64,000 nt of DNA. It comes from Waterburya sp. (GTDB taxonomy: Bacteria; Cyanobacteriota; Cyanobacteriia; Cyanobacteriales; Xenococcaceae). The position numbers and the translations under genes were made by a program. The notes beneath the pieces are model-generated. The model had not been told where the DNA came from, did no database searches, and saw only the letters and a list, made by a program, of their open reading frames with translations. The first letter of the stretch is position 1. Every line of letters starts with the position of its first letter. The stretch spans positions 1,024,001-1,088,000 of the forward strand of contig CBDCJV010000002.1 in assembly GCA_965217895.1 (NCBI GenBank), read 5' to 3'. Shown piece after piece: positions 43,801 through 52,032 of the stretch.

Positions 43801-43828
43801 TCCATTCCCGTAAATGATCCATCAACAC
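40811..43828 (-). CDS. CyRepA1-family replication protein (DUF3854 Toprim-like primase plus helicase)
   Basis: GGWWCSG, IKYEHPP, ITEGAKKA, IVFDRD, KGVDD (DUF3854); KSAKGTGKT, IIDEVEQV. Confidence 0.88.
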   Translation of the reverse strand: MLMDHLREWKASGVDEELTRLNVVNLEGESPGEYLLYSNSIPRRNDGRINARFLQRYAHIDAGGWWCSGIDILSGEEDIWGCFKPDRPRHDADKIIKYEHPPKTATGLFALKVPLSLWQKIADRAQVKITLQDIVQNKADLGFWQWLKNNPQVPLCITEGAKKAGALLSAGYSAIALPGINNGYRTPKDADGKRIAKSHLIPQLATLATPGREIYIVFDRDSKPKTVQAVNAAIRKTGYLLQQAGCQVKVVTWNSQLGKGVDDLIINHGQEYFAQAFDEAVDLETWKAKSWTNLTHSTDVQLNSRYLPELDIPPRTKLVGIKSAKGTGKTRFLEKIVAQAIARGQKVLVIGHRVQLVKELCSRFGLSYVTDKDCSDRAALGYGLCIDSLHGSSKAKFNPDRWSNSLVIIDEVEQVLWHGLNSSTCKDRRVEILKSFKTLIQNVLGDRGQVYIADADLSNIALDYLIALSGVEIQPYIVHNIWQHDEQTSWQVYNYEGKSPKKLVANLETHIQQGGKPFICLSAQKLTSKWSTQTLEAYLKQKFPAKKILRLDSESLADLSHVAYGSLAQLEQVLWQYDIVVASPSIETGISIELKNHFTSVWAIAQGIQAENAVRQTLSRLRQNVPRHLWCANYSFNKIGNGSTSIPALLSSSQRFTQLNIRLLQQSDFAYLDDLDTGFQAESLLCWAKMAVRFNAGASNYRHSILAGLKAEGHQIVDAATIKFEELENQVESQADNSLVAAITEISTQNYLAECKAIACSTDLNTRQYQTLKKRLIKSLSNRRQLKKHELHQRYNLPITPELVSLDDEGWYEKIRLHYFLTVGRPYLADRDTQVARKLIEQGNGSLFLPDFNNSQLGAIVGTLELMGIPVLLQDTKRELRNTDADLQSLSAIAHNNRSEIKTILNIGIAKNFTPVTIVSRLLAKIGYKLKCMRYESINKKRVRVYQILSPIDRREQIFSHWLKVDHQRPGNSLFWSAEQTDNLSMSMSKAAEAKYNYLQLSLDI

Positions 43829-43860
43829 TTATTCTTTGCTCATTAGGAATAAGTATCATA

Positions 43861-43917
43861 ACACTATATGTAGCGTAGCCAAAAAAATAAGTTATAAATA
43901 TACGCTATATATGGATA
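43861..43917. promoter_or_regulatory. Tandem NrdR-box-like sites
   Basis: acactatatgtagcgt (43861) and acgctatatatggata (43902) compared with consensus acaCwAtATaTwGtgt; 41-bp spacing. Confidence 0.6.
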
Positions 43918-43974
43918 TAGACAGAATGAATAATCAAACCAAGCTTAAATTTGGGGTAGTCGTTTTATATAAGT

Positions 43975-44718
43975 ATGAGTAAAAATCTTGATGACATTAA
44001 GAATTCAAACATCGTGAAACCATATCATCAGATTCCTATTCAAGAGTGTAACGAACGTTTAATTGCTATTCCTCTAGACAACTTCGCCGTTGAACTACCT
44101 CATCCTTACATGAACTTGGGGGCAGACTATGGAAACAAATCACCGTACTGTTTACGCCAAGGAGTTGTTCGAGCTTTACTCGAAGCACAATTTTTATTAG
44201 AAAAACGTTATCTTCATTGGAAAATCAAGATATTCGATGCGTACCGTCCTGTGGGGGTGCAACAGTTTATGGTTAACTATACCTATAATTCACTGTTAAA
44301 AAAATACAGCCTAAGAGAACAACAGTTAACGGCACATCAACGTCAAGACCTATGGAGTCAAGTATATAAGATTTGGGCTGCACCTAGCTTGGATAAAAAA
44401 ATGCCGCCTCCTCATAGTACAGGAGCAGCGGTCGATGTAACCTTAGTTAACGATCGCGACGAAACTTTAGATATGGGAGGAGAAATTGATGAACTTTCAG
44501 AGCGATCGCAACCAGACTATTATTTAAGCGATCGAGACGGCGAAAATCAGCAGTATCATTTTCATCGTCAACTACTAAATCGGGTAATGACCAATGCTGG
44601 CTTTCAACAACATCCTGGAGAGTGGTGGCATTTTTCTTGTGGCGATCAGATGTGGGCTTGGATTCATAGTCAGAATAATCCTACCGATCCAATGGTAGCC
44701 CGCTACGGTAGAGTTTAA
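43975..44718 (+). CDS. D-alanyl-D-alanine dipeptidase (peptidase M15D, VanX/DdpX-like)
   Basis: IFDAYRP, PPHSTGAAVDVTL, EWWHF. Confidence 0.88.
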   Translation: MSKNLDDIKNSNIVKPYHQIPIQECNERLIAIPLDNFAVELPHPYMNLGADYGNKSPYCLRQGVVRALLEAQFLLEKRYLHWKIKIFDAYRPVGVQQFMVNYTYNSLLKKYSLREQQLTAHQRQDLWSQVYKIWAAPSLDKKMPPPHSTGAAVDVTLVNDRDETLDMGGEIDELSERSQPDYYLSDRDGENQQYHFHRQLLNRVMTNAGFQQHPGEWWHFSCGDQMWAWIHSQNNPTDPMVARYGRV

Positions 44719-44814
44719 CTAGATAAACTTGCAAGAATAAATTTGAATGATTTAGAGAAAGACTGGCGAGGTTAAGAAAATATCTTTCTCTATCTATAAA
44801 TCTATTACCTTAAT

Positions 44815-44994
44815 TTAAACGTTAACTTCACGTTCAGACTGCTTGGAATAAATCCAGAGTGCATGAATAATGCCTGGAACATAACCTAGTAGTGTCAAAA
44901 GAATATTGATTAGTAAAGCTGAACTAACGCCAACTGTTAAGAAAACTCCTAGAGGAGGCAAAGCGATACTAGCAATAATTTTTAAAAGTTTCAT
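44815..44994 (-). CDS. YqaE/Pmp3 family small membrane protein (59 aa; absent from the ORF track)
   Basis: Manual translation MKLLKIIASIALPPLGVFLTVGVSSALLINILLTLLGYVPGIIHALWIYSKQSEREVNV*. Confidence 0.9.
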   Translation of the reverse strand: MKLLKIIASIALPPLGVFLTVGVSSALLINILLTLLGYVPGIIHALWIYSKQSEREVNV

Positions 44995-45249
44995 GATTTT
45001 TAAAAGGTAATTTTATTCAGATAAATTCATTCTTACTAGTTAGATTTACAGATATTTCTCTATATATCTTCTATCTTTAGACATAAATATTGAGCTTACG
45101 TCAGTTTATATCTATCTATAAAAGTATTCAAAAATCTATCCTTTAAGAGATACAAAAATATCTAGAAACACTGAATAATAAATAAACATAAGAATCTACG
45201 CTTAAAAAGCAATTAAATAATAATTAGTATATATCAGGAGAAAATAGAT

Positions 45250-45615
45250 ATGTTAGGAACGCTTTTAACCCTTTTAGCCACAGCCTTAAGTCTTTTAGTA
45301 GTTGACATCATTTTTGCTGGAGTTAATTTAGCTAACTTCCCTGCTGCAATGGTAGCTGCGTTAGTTATTGGTGCAGTAAACAGTGGTGTTAGACCAATTT
45401 TATCAGTACTATCTTTGCCAATTAACCTTTTGACCCTAGGCGCATTTACTTTGGTAATTAACGGCTTGTGTTTCTGGTTGGCTTCTCTATTCGTACCAGG
45501 ATTTCAAGTATCTGGCTTGCTCGCTTTCTTGATTGCCCCTATAGTATTATCGTTTGTCAATACCTTTATCAGTAACTACTTTGCCGAAAAATTCCCCGAT
45601 TTAAAGAGCAACTAA
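45250..45615 (+). CDS. YvlD-like 4-TM membrane protein (phage holin family 4_2)
   Basis: ALVIGAVN...RPIL..LSLPINLLTLGAFTLVING. Confidence 0.85.
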   Translation: MLGTLLTLLATALSLLVVDIIFAGVNLANFPAAMVAALVIGAVNSGVRPILSVLSLPINLLTLGAFTLVINGLCFWLASLFVPGFQVSGLLAFLIAPIVLSFVNTFISNYFAEKFPDLKSN

Positions 45616-45661
45616 GAGTTTTGTCGGCATAGCTGACATTTGCATTTTTGGCGTTAATTTT

Positions 45662-45690
45662 GGTAGGGGCGAACGAACTTCGCCCCTACC
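45662..45690. repeat. GTAG-type REP palindrome
   Basis: ggtaggggcgaa-cgaac-ttcgcccctacc; same family as the cores at 367-395 and 40689-40716. Confidence 0.8.
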
Positions 45691-46085
45691 ATTTTGTGTT
45701 TAGGAATCGCAAGTTAACATTCTTTGCTGAATGTTGCTGGTTATATTGCCAAAAAAAATGTAGGTAAGTCTGTCGCCTATTCCCTACCTCCTACTTCTTA
45801 TTTCCTTTCCCTCTTTACCTTTCTCCAATCTCAAGTAGGAAATTTTTTTTGCACTACTATTTAAGTACTTATTTTGGCTGCTAGGCTTTAAATTACAAAT
45901 TATGCTTTTCCATTATCAGCATCTTCATTTATGATAATGAAAAGCAAAAACCTAGCTCGCTGAATAACCAAAATCAAACAGGCAAAACAAAACAAAGTTG
46001 GCGAAATTTAGTTTATGTGGATTTTGCCTTAAACGTGGTGTCCCTAGCTAAAATCGTTGGCGGTCAGAAAAAACAGTAAAAATCA

Positions 46086-47417
46086 ATGGCAAGGGCGGAA
46101 AATTACGGGGAAGATTATTATTTAACTTTGGGAGTATCCCAGAGTGCGACATTAAAAGAAATTAAGATAGCTTTTCGTCATTTGGCGCGCCAATATCATC
46201 CCGATCTTAATCCAGGCGATTTTGCTGCTGCTGAGAAATTTAAACAGATTTCTCAGGCATATGATGTATTATCAGATAATTCTAAACGTCGTCGCTATGA
46301 TCGCCGTGTTCCTTTTGAAAGCAAGTCACGCACAACTACGAGCCAGAATGATAACCGGTCTAGCCAAACAAGCGATCCTAAAACAGCTAAAGATTTTTAT
46401 AATAGAGGCTTTCATTACACTCAAGTTAAAGAATACAGCAAAGCCATTAATGATTATTCTCAGGCAATTAAACTCAATCCCAAATTTATTGATGCTTATC
46501 TCAAAAGGTGCGAAATGCGATATAAAATGGGTGATAATCAAGGGGTTTTAAATGATTGCCAGCAAATATTTACTATCGATAGCCAAGTTGCCAAAGCTCA
46601 CTACTATCAAGGAAGAGCGCGCTACAGTCTAGGTTACGCCGAACCTGCCATTGAATCTTACACTATGGCGATCGCTCAAGACAACAATTATCCTCAAGCA
46701 TACTACTATCGAGGTATTGCTTATAAAGAGCTATTCAAAATTTCTTTTGCCATACAAGACTTAAATAAAGCTGCCGATCTTTTTCGCTTGCAAAAAAATT
46801 ACGAAGCTCATCGTCGTACTAAAAATATAGTCAGTGACTTAACAAAAAGCAACCATAAAACTGGTCGGTCAAATCGCCCAATTCAAAATTTTTTGATGAC
46901 GCTAAGCCTGTCTTTTTTAAATCCTGGAGGTGGTTTATTACCTGCATTTTCTCGATTAGAAAGAAGACATTTAAAACAAGTTGGCACGATCTATGGTGTA
47001 TTTTCTAGCTTATGTTTTGTCTGTAGTTATTTTATGATTGGGTTGCCGTTAGAAATACCAATATGGGAACTATTTTTAGTTGGTATAATTCCTTTTATGA
47101 GTTTTATAATTACAGGAATTATAGTACGTTTTTTTCTGCATTATAAAGGTGATTTGACAACGGATATATTCATAGCTGGAACAGCGATCGCTCCTCTGGC
47201 ATTCTTCTTTGTCTTAACCGCGTTTATTCCCATTTCTATTTTAGCTTTATCAATACCTTTAGCCCTTGTCGGAGTTTCTTACACTACGTTAACTCTGCAA
47301 GCTAGCTATTCTCAATTACTAAACGTTAGCGAATCTAGAACTGCTTTCACCGTGGCTTTGATGCTAATGCTAAATAGTTCTATTTGCTATGTATTGATAC
47401 CATACTTTATCGCTTAA
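46086..47417 (+). CDS. DnaJ domain-TPR repeat-membrane domain protein
   Basis: J-domain HPD (QYHPDLN), TPR repeats, C-terminal TMs. Confidence 0.88.
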   Translation: MARAENYGEDYYLTLGVSQSATLKEIKIAFRHLARQYHPDLNPGDFAAAEKFKQISQAYDVLSDNSKRRRYDRRVPFESKSRTTTSQNDNRSSQTSDPKTAKDFYNRGFHYTQVKEYSKAINDYSQAIKLNPKFIDAYLKRCEMRYKMGDNQGVLNDCQQIFTIDSQVAKAHYYQGRARYSLGYAEPAIESYTMAIAQDNNYPQAYYYRGIAYKELFKISFAIQDLNKAADLFRLQKNYEAHRRTKNIVSDLTKSNHKTGRSNRPIQNFLMTLSLSFLNPGGGLLPAFSRLERRHLKQVGTIYGVFSSLCFVCSYFMIGLPLEIPIWELFLVGIIPFMSFIITGIIVRFFLHYKGDLTTDIFIAGTAIAPLAFFFVLTAFIPISILALSIPLALVGVSYTTLTLQASYSQLLNVSESRTAFTVALMLMLNSSICYVLIPYFIA

Positions 47418-47569
47418 ATAGTTAAATAGCTCTAAGCACTAAGCCAATAGCTTTTGGGAAGAAGAAATGCATCGAATATCTAAAATTACTGAGAAATATA
47501 GTTTTGCTCGACTGTATGGGCAACATAAAGAGGAAACATCACTAACCGTATCAAAACAAAATAGCTATT

Positions 47570-48532
47570 GTGACTCAGATAAATTCAGTAATCAGCGGTG
47601 TTGCTGGTAAAGACATATATGAAAAAATTTATCACAACATTCAACGTGTAATGCAAGGGCAGTCAACTGCTATTAGAAACCTGTTGGCTGGTTTTGCGAG
47701 TGGTGGTCATGTTCTTTTAGAAGATTATCCTGGTACAGGAAAAACTACCTTGGCAAAAGCTTTAGCTTATTCTATCGATGCCAAGTTTAAACGGATTCAA
47801 TTTACCCCCGATCTTTTACCGTCAGATATTACGGGTATTTCTATTTTTGACCAGCAAGAAAGTTCTTTTAACTTTCACCCAGGACCAGTTTTTGCCAATA
47901 TTGTTTTAATAGACGAAATTAACCGTGCCTCCCCTCGCACTCAGTCTGCCCTGTTGGAAGCAATGGCAGAGTCTCAGGTAAGCGTAGATGGTCAAATTAA
48001 AAAACTAGAGAACTTGTTTTTTGTGATCGCTACCCAAAATCCAGTGGGTTCTCACGGCACGTATCCTTTACCCGAAGCTCAAATGGATCGTTTTGCCCTT
48101 CAGTTTAGTTTAGGATATGTTTCTCCTGCCGATGAGGTGCAAATTTTAGCCGACCAGATGCAAAGTCATCCTCTTAATAATATTAAACCCTGTATTTCTT
48201 TAGCTGAAGCGATCGCTCTTAAACAACAGGTAGAACAAATTAGAGTCAGCCACACCATGAAACAATATTTAGTCGATCTAGTCAACGCTACTCGTACTGC
48301 TGAAGGAGTGCAGTTAGGAGGGAGTCCTAGAGGCTCTTTAGCACTGATGAAGGTGGGGCAGGCTTTGGCGTTATTTGATGGTTATGAATTTGTCACCCCC
48401 GAACATATTCAGGAATTAGCGGTGTCCGTCATTGCTCATCGCTTAGTTATGCAGCCTCAAGCACGCTTTTCGGGTCAAACTGCTGCTGGGGTAGTGCAGG
48501 AAATTTTGAACAACATTCGAGTACCAGCTTAG
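47570..48532 (+). CDS. MoxR family AAA+ ATPase
   Basis: GHVLLEDYPGTGKT, RIQFTPDLLPSDITG, DEINRASPRTQSALLEAM. Confidence 0.93.
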   Translation: MTQINSVISGVAGKDIYEKIYHNIQRVMQGQSTAIRNLLAGFASGGHVLLEDYPGTGKTTLAKALAYSIDAKFKRIQFTPDLLPSDITGISIFDQQESSFNFHPGPVFANIVLIDEINRASPRTQSALLEAMAESQVSVDGQIKKLENLFFVIATQNPVGSHGTYPLPEAQMDRFALQFSLGYVSPADEVQILADQMQSHPLNNIKPCISLAEAIALKQQVEQIRVSHTMKQYLVDLVNATRTAEGVQLGGSPRGSLALMKVGQALALFDGYEFVTPEHIQELAVSVIAHRLVMQPQARFSGQTAAGVVQEILNNIRVPA

Positions 48533-48642
48533 ATTTTGGGCTTTTCTGCCAAAACTTTAGCAAAATGTGCAAAAAAAACGCTTTGAGGAGTCAGCTTTTG
48601 GGTACAATACCCCATTAGTTATCAAAAGGGGCAAAATTAATT

Positions 48643-49848
48643 ATGGGACGCGCAGACAAAGTTGTCTTAGCTTATTCGGGTGGAGTAGACACCACTGTAT
48701 GTATTCCTTATCTTAAGGAAGAATGGGGAGTCAAAGAAGTAATTACCCTGGCTGCTGACTTGGGACAAGGAGACGAACTAGGACCAATTCAGCAAAAGGC
48801 ATTGAAATGTGGTGCATCTGAATCTCTAGTAGAAGATGCCACCGAAAGCTTTGTACGCGATTACGCTTTTCCAGCAATTCAAGCTAACACTCTTTATGAA
48901 AATCGCTATCCTCTGTCTACGGCTTTGGCACGCCCTCTAATTGCTAAATTATTAGTAGAAGCCGCCGAAAAATATGGGGCAGATGCGGTAGCTCATGGCT
49001 GTACAGGTAAAGGTAATGACCAGGTGCGCTTTGATGTAGGCATTATGGCACTAAACCCCAGTCTAAAAGTATTAGCTCCTGCTAGAGAGTGGGGCATGAG
49101 TCGAGAAGAAGCTATTTCTTATGGTGAGAAGTTTGGTTTTGAATTTCCCGTGAAAAAGTCTTCTCCTTTTAGCATCGATCGCAATTTACTTGGTCGCAGT
49201 ATTGAGGCAGGACCTTTAGAAGACCCGATGGTAGAACCTCCTGAAGAAGTTTTTGTGATGACAAAGGCGATCGCCGATACTCCTGATGAGCCAGAATACG
49301 TTACCATCGGTTTTGAACAAGGTCTACCCGTCAGCATCAACGGTGAAAAGCTTGCCCCTGTTGCCCTCATAACTAAGCTAAACGAGCTTGCTGGCAAACA
49401 CGGTGTAGGACGCATCGATATGTTAGAAAACCGTGTCGTCGGTATTAAATCACGGGAAATCTATGAAGCACCAGCTTTATTAGTTTTGATTCATGCTCAT
49501 CGTGACTTAGAAAGTCTGACCCTAACAGGAGATGTTACCCAATATAAACGGGGTATTGAACAGTCCTACGGCGAATTAGTTTATCGTGGCTTGTGGTATA
49601 GTCCTCTCAAAGCAGCTTTAGATGGCTTTATCCAAAATACTCAAGAAAGAGTCACAGGCGAAGTCAGAGTTAAGTTACATAAAGGCAATGCCATAATTGT
49701 TGGTCGTCAGTCGGATAATTCTATCTATGCTCCCGATCTTGCTACCTATGGTGCAGAAGATGAATTTGACCATAAAGCAGCAGAAGGCTTTATCTATATT
49801 TGGGGTCTACCCACTAGAGTTTGGTCACAAAAAACCAGAGGGCTTTAA
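48643..49848 (+). CDS. argG: Argininosuccinate synthase
   Basis: [35 protein letters not shown]. Confidence 0.97.
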   Translation: MGRADKVVLAYSGGVDTTVCIPYLKEEWGVKEVITLAADLGQGDELGPIQQKALKCGASESLVEDATESFVRDYAFPAIQANTLYENRYPLSTALARPLIAKLLVEAAEKYGADAVAHGCTGKGNDQVRFDVGIMALNPSLKVLAPAREWGMSREEAISYGEKFGFEFPVKKSSPFSIDRNLLGRSIEAGPLEDPMVEPPEEVFVMTKAIADTPDEPEYVTIGFEQGLPVSINGEKLAPVALITKLNELAGKHGVGRIDMLENRVVGIKSREIYEAPALLVLIHAHRDLESLTLTGDVTQYKRGIEQSYGELVYRGLWYSPLKAALDGFIQNTQERVTGEVRVKLHKGNAIIVGRQSDNSIYAPDLATYGAEDEFDHKAAEGFIYIWGLPTRVWSQKTRGL

Positions 49849-50042
49849 TTAGGTCACTGGTGTTACGTACTAATTGATTCTTAAAGATTAGGTAGGAGGT
49901 ATGAGGAGTGGGTAATAATACTAAATCCCGATTGACAAAGATAATTATCCACTTTCTGACCTCTGACCTCTCAAACAAGCGAGAGATTGACAGCTACAGC
50001 AATTTGTACGCTCAGTGCAGCTCTTTAAAGTATGATTAAATA

Positions 50043-50417
50043 ATGACTAACAAGTTTCGTACACCCAGTTACCGCCCCATACGAAAGCTAAAGGTTATCT
50101 TATCGGGTCTTCAGGTTGCAGTAGTAACTGATTTTAGTGTTGCCTATAAAGTGATTTTATCAGTTCCAGTGTTAATTGCTTCCTTTTTTTTTCGACAATG
50201 GGTAGATGTCAGCTTAATATTACTCGCAATGGGGCTGATGCTGATTTCTGAATTGTTTAATAGTGCGATCGAAGTTTTGTGCGATTTTGTAGAGCCTCAG
50301 CAAAATGAGCAGATCCGAATCACTAAAGATATTGCCGCAGCAGCCACAGGTCTTAGTATCTTGATGTGGGCAGCAATTTTACTTATTGAAAGCATCCGTC
50401 TTTTTCAGCTACGGTAA
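50043..50417 (+). CDS. Diacylglycerol kinase family (DgkA-like) membrane protein
   Basis: SELFNSAIEVLCD...KDIAAAA. Confidence 0.8.
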   Translation: MTNKFRTPSYRPIRKLKVILSGLQVAVVTDFSVAYKVILSVPVLIASFFFRQWVDVSLILLAMGLMLISELFNSAIEVLCDFVEPQQNEQIRITKDIAAAATGLSILMWAAILLIESIRLFQLR

Positions 50418-50445
50418 ATGTCCAGTTGCTGGTTAGCTAACACGT

Positions 50446-50633
50446 CACGACAGCTAAATCTGTTAAAAAAGCTTCGATTTCCTTCCCTCCCATATCTTTG
50501 GGATGCTGTTTATTATAAAAAAAATGTAGCGTTTAATCCAATTAACGTAGCTTTTTTCAATTTTATAAGAATAATGCTTTAAACGAATGACATCGCTAAC
50601 CTATTCGAGCAGTTTTTTAGGAGGGTTTTCCAG
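50446..50633 (-). pseudogene. intI: Integron integrase N-terminal remnant (intI-A)
   Basis: Manual translation (CTG)ENPPKKLLE*VSDVIRLKHYSYKIEKSYVNWIKRYIFF, frameshift, NKQHPKDMGGKEIEAFLTDLAV. This is the IntI N-terminal signature with a lost start, a stop and a frameshift. Confidence 0.88.
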
Positions 50634-50638
50634 AGAAT

Positions 50639-50814
50639 GATATCCAGAAAAATTCTTGATATTATGACTATCTGGTGTAATATTAAGAAAGTTTCTCGAT
50701 ATCACCGACGAATATACCGAAAGTTTCTTGATATCATTCTACATAGGGTGAATATACGGAAGTTTCTATTTTTTGTCCTATATAGGGTAGATATCCAGAA
50801 AGTTTCCGTATAAT
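50639..50814. repeat. Five imperfect ~24-bp palindromes between intI and attI
   Basis: ATATnnnGAAA(g)TTTCnnnATAT-like units at 50639, 50679, 50711, 50751 and 50790. Confidence 0.8.
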
Positions 50815-50827
50815 AATATAGTTGTGC
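50800..50827 (+). other. attI-like site of integron A
   Basis: aagtttccgtataataatata-GTTGTGC; the core is the reverse complement of GCACAAC at the start of attC1. Confidence 0.75.
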
Positions 50828-51025
50828 CACTTGCATTCTGGGTTGTTCTTGTAGTCTTGAATCTATTCTTCAACCACTCAGCGTCAAGCGATTTTGAAGT
50901 TATCGATAGGAGATAACGTAAAGAAACATTAAAGCAATGTGTTTAAGTTAAAATCGCACTGATTAGACTACAAAACTAAGTAATGAAATAGCTGTTCATT
51001 CGCAGTTACGATCAAGAGTCAGCGC

Positions 51026-51394
51026 ATGAAAGTCTATGCTATTGATCACGTTCAACTCGCAATTCCTCCGAATAGCGAAGATTTAGCAAGGGTATTTTAT
51101 GGAGAAATTCTTGGACTTAGAGAAAAGCCAAAACCTGAGCATCTAGCCGAACGCGGAGGGATTTGGTTTGAGCAGGGTGACTTGAAGCTTTATTTGGGTG
51201 TCGATCACAATTTTCGTCCAGCTACGAAAGCTCATCCTGGACTGTTGGTCGAAGATTTAGATGAGCTTATCCGTCAATGTGAGGCATCTGGCTGTAGCAT
51301 TATGATGGGTGAAGGAGTTGAAAGTCACCGACAAGTTTATGTAATAGACCCATTTGGTAATCGCTTAGAGTTGCTGGAGTTTATCGGCACGTAA
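51026..51394 (+). CDS. VOC/glyoxalase family protein (cassette 1)
   Basis: IDHVQLAIP, FYGEILGL, HPGLLV, DPFGNRLEL; attC begins 5 bp after the stop. Confidence 0.9.
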   Translation: MKVYAIDHVQLAIPPNSEDLARVFYGEILGLREKPKPEHLAERGGIWFEQGDLKLYLGVDHNFRPATKAHPGLLVEDLDELIRQCEASGCSIMMGEGVESHRQVYVIDPFGNRLELLEFIGT

Positions 51395-51399
51395 TCGCA

Positions 51400-51483
51400 G
51401 CACAACACGGCGTTAGAGCAGTGAGCAGAATTTCTCGCCTACGTTTGTAATTTACCTGTTGCTGCTCAACTGTGTCGTTCTGC
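51400..51483 (+). other. attC site 1
   Basis: GCACAAC...GTTCTGC; inner arms gtt(a)gagcag and ctgctcaac with an extrahelical base. Confidence 0.82.
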
Positions 51484-51562
51484 CGTCGCAAGCAGCTTGA
51501 TAATGCGCGAAAGACAGTGAAGATTGAATACCACAGGTCAAGATGAATGAAAGGAGATTAAA

Positions 51563-51922
51563 TTGGCTATACAGGAAGCATTTACTAGTGTCGCAGTAGA
51601 TAACCTTCACTCTGCACTAGTTTGGTATGAGCGTCTCATGGGACGGCAGCCCGACATGATTCCCAACGATAATGAGGCCGTTTGGCAATTATCAGGAAAA
51701 GCATGGTTATACATAATCGGTGATGCTCAACGTGCTGGTAAGACGTTGATAACGCTTATTGTGGATGATCTTGATGGTCACGTTGCTGAGTTTAACGAAC
51801 GAGGAATTTCATTTAAGTTTGTTGAAAAAGATTCAAAGATTTATCGAAGGGTAGTCGTTACTGATCCCGAAGGCAATACGTTTCAATTCACCGAACTCAC
51901 AAGCCAAAACAATCAAGCGTAA
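51563..51922 (+). CDS. VOC/glyoxalase family protein (cassette 2)
   Basis: WYERLMGR.PD, LIVDDLD, DPEGN; aaggag RBS before TTG. Confidence 0.85.
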   Translation: MAIQEAFTSVAVDNLHSALVWYERLMGRQPDMIPNDNEAVWQLSGKAWLYIIGDAQRAGKTLITLIVDDLDGHVAEFNERGISFKFVEKDSKIYRRVVVTDPEGNTFQFTELTSQNNQA

Positions 51923-51936
51923 CTCGTCTAACAACG

Positions 51937-52027
51937 GCACAACAACCGCGCTGCACCAGAACGTTGTGATATGGTATGGTCGGTTTGCTCAAAGGTTGTC
52001 TGCGTCCGGTGAGCGCGAACGTTAGGC
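51937..52027 (+). other. attC site 2
   Basis: GCACAAC...GTTAGGC; arms gcgct(g)cacc and ggtgagcgc; acggcacaac mirrors cassette start gttctgccgt (9/10). Confidence 0.85.
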
Positions 52028-52032
52028 CGTAT

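Noticed and set aside
40811..43828. Integrated plasmid around the Rep-like gene
   Set aside because: It is flanked by ordinary chromosomal genes, with no integrase, partition genes or att repeats seen.
45250..45615. Prophage, suggested by the holin-family gene
   Set aside because: This family is a common chromosomal membrane protein, and no phage genes are nearby.
45720..45925. Degenerate MITE (ttgctgaatg...atcagca) with purine/pyrimidine heptamer repeats
   Set aside because: The ends are too short and degenerate to call. Similar STRR-like tracts (14811-14890, 32558, 40774, 49953) are common in cyanobacteria.
50043..50445. dgkA-like gene as an integron cassette
   Set aside because: gttagctaac after the stop is suggestive, but there is no full attC hairpin or matching GTT core upstream, and it lies on the wrong side of intI-A.
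50639..50814. Possible CRISPR array (regularly spaced palindromic repeats)
   Set aside because: Units are degenerate, the intervening stretches are only 8-16 bp and partly repeated, and there are no cas genes. Position between intI and attI explains it better.
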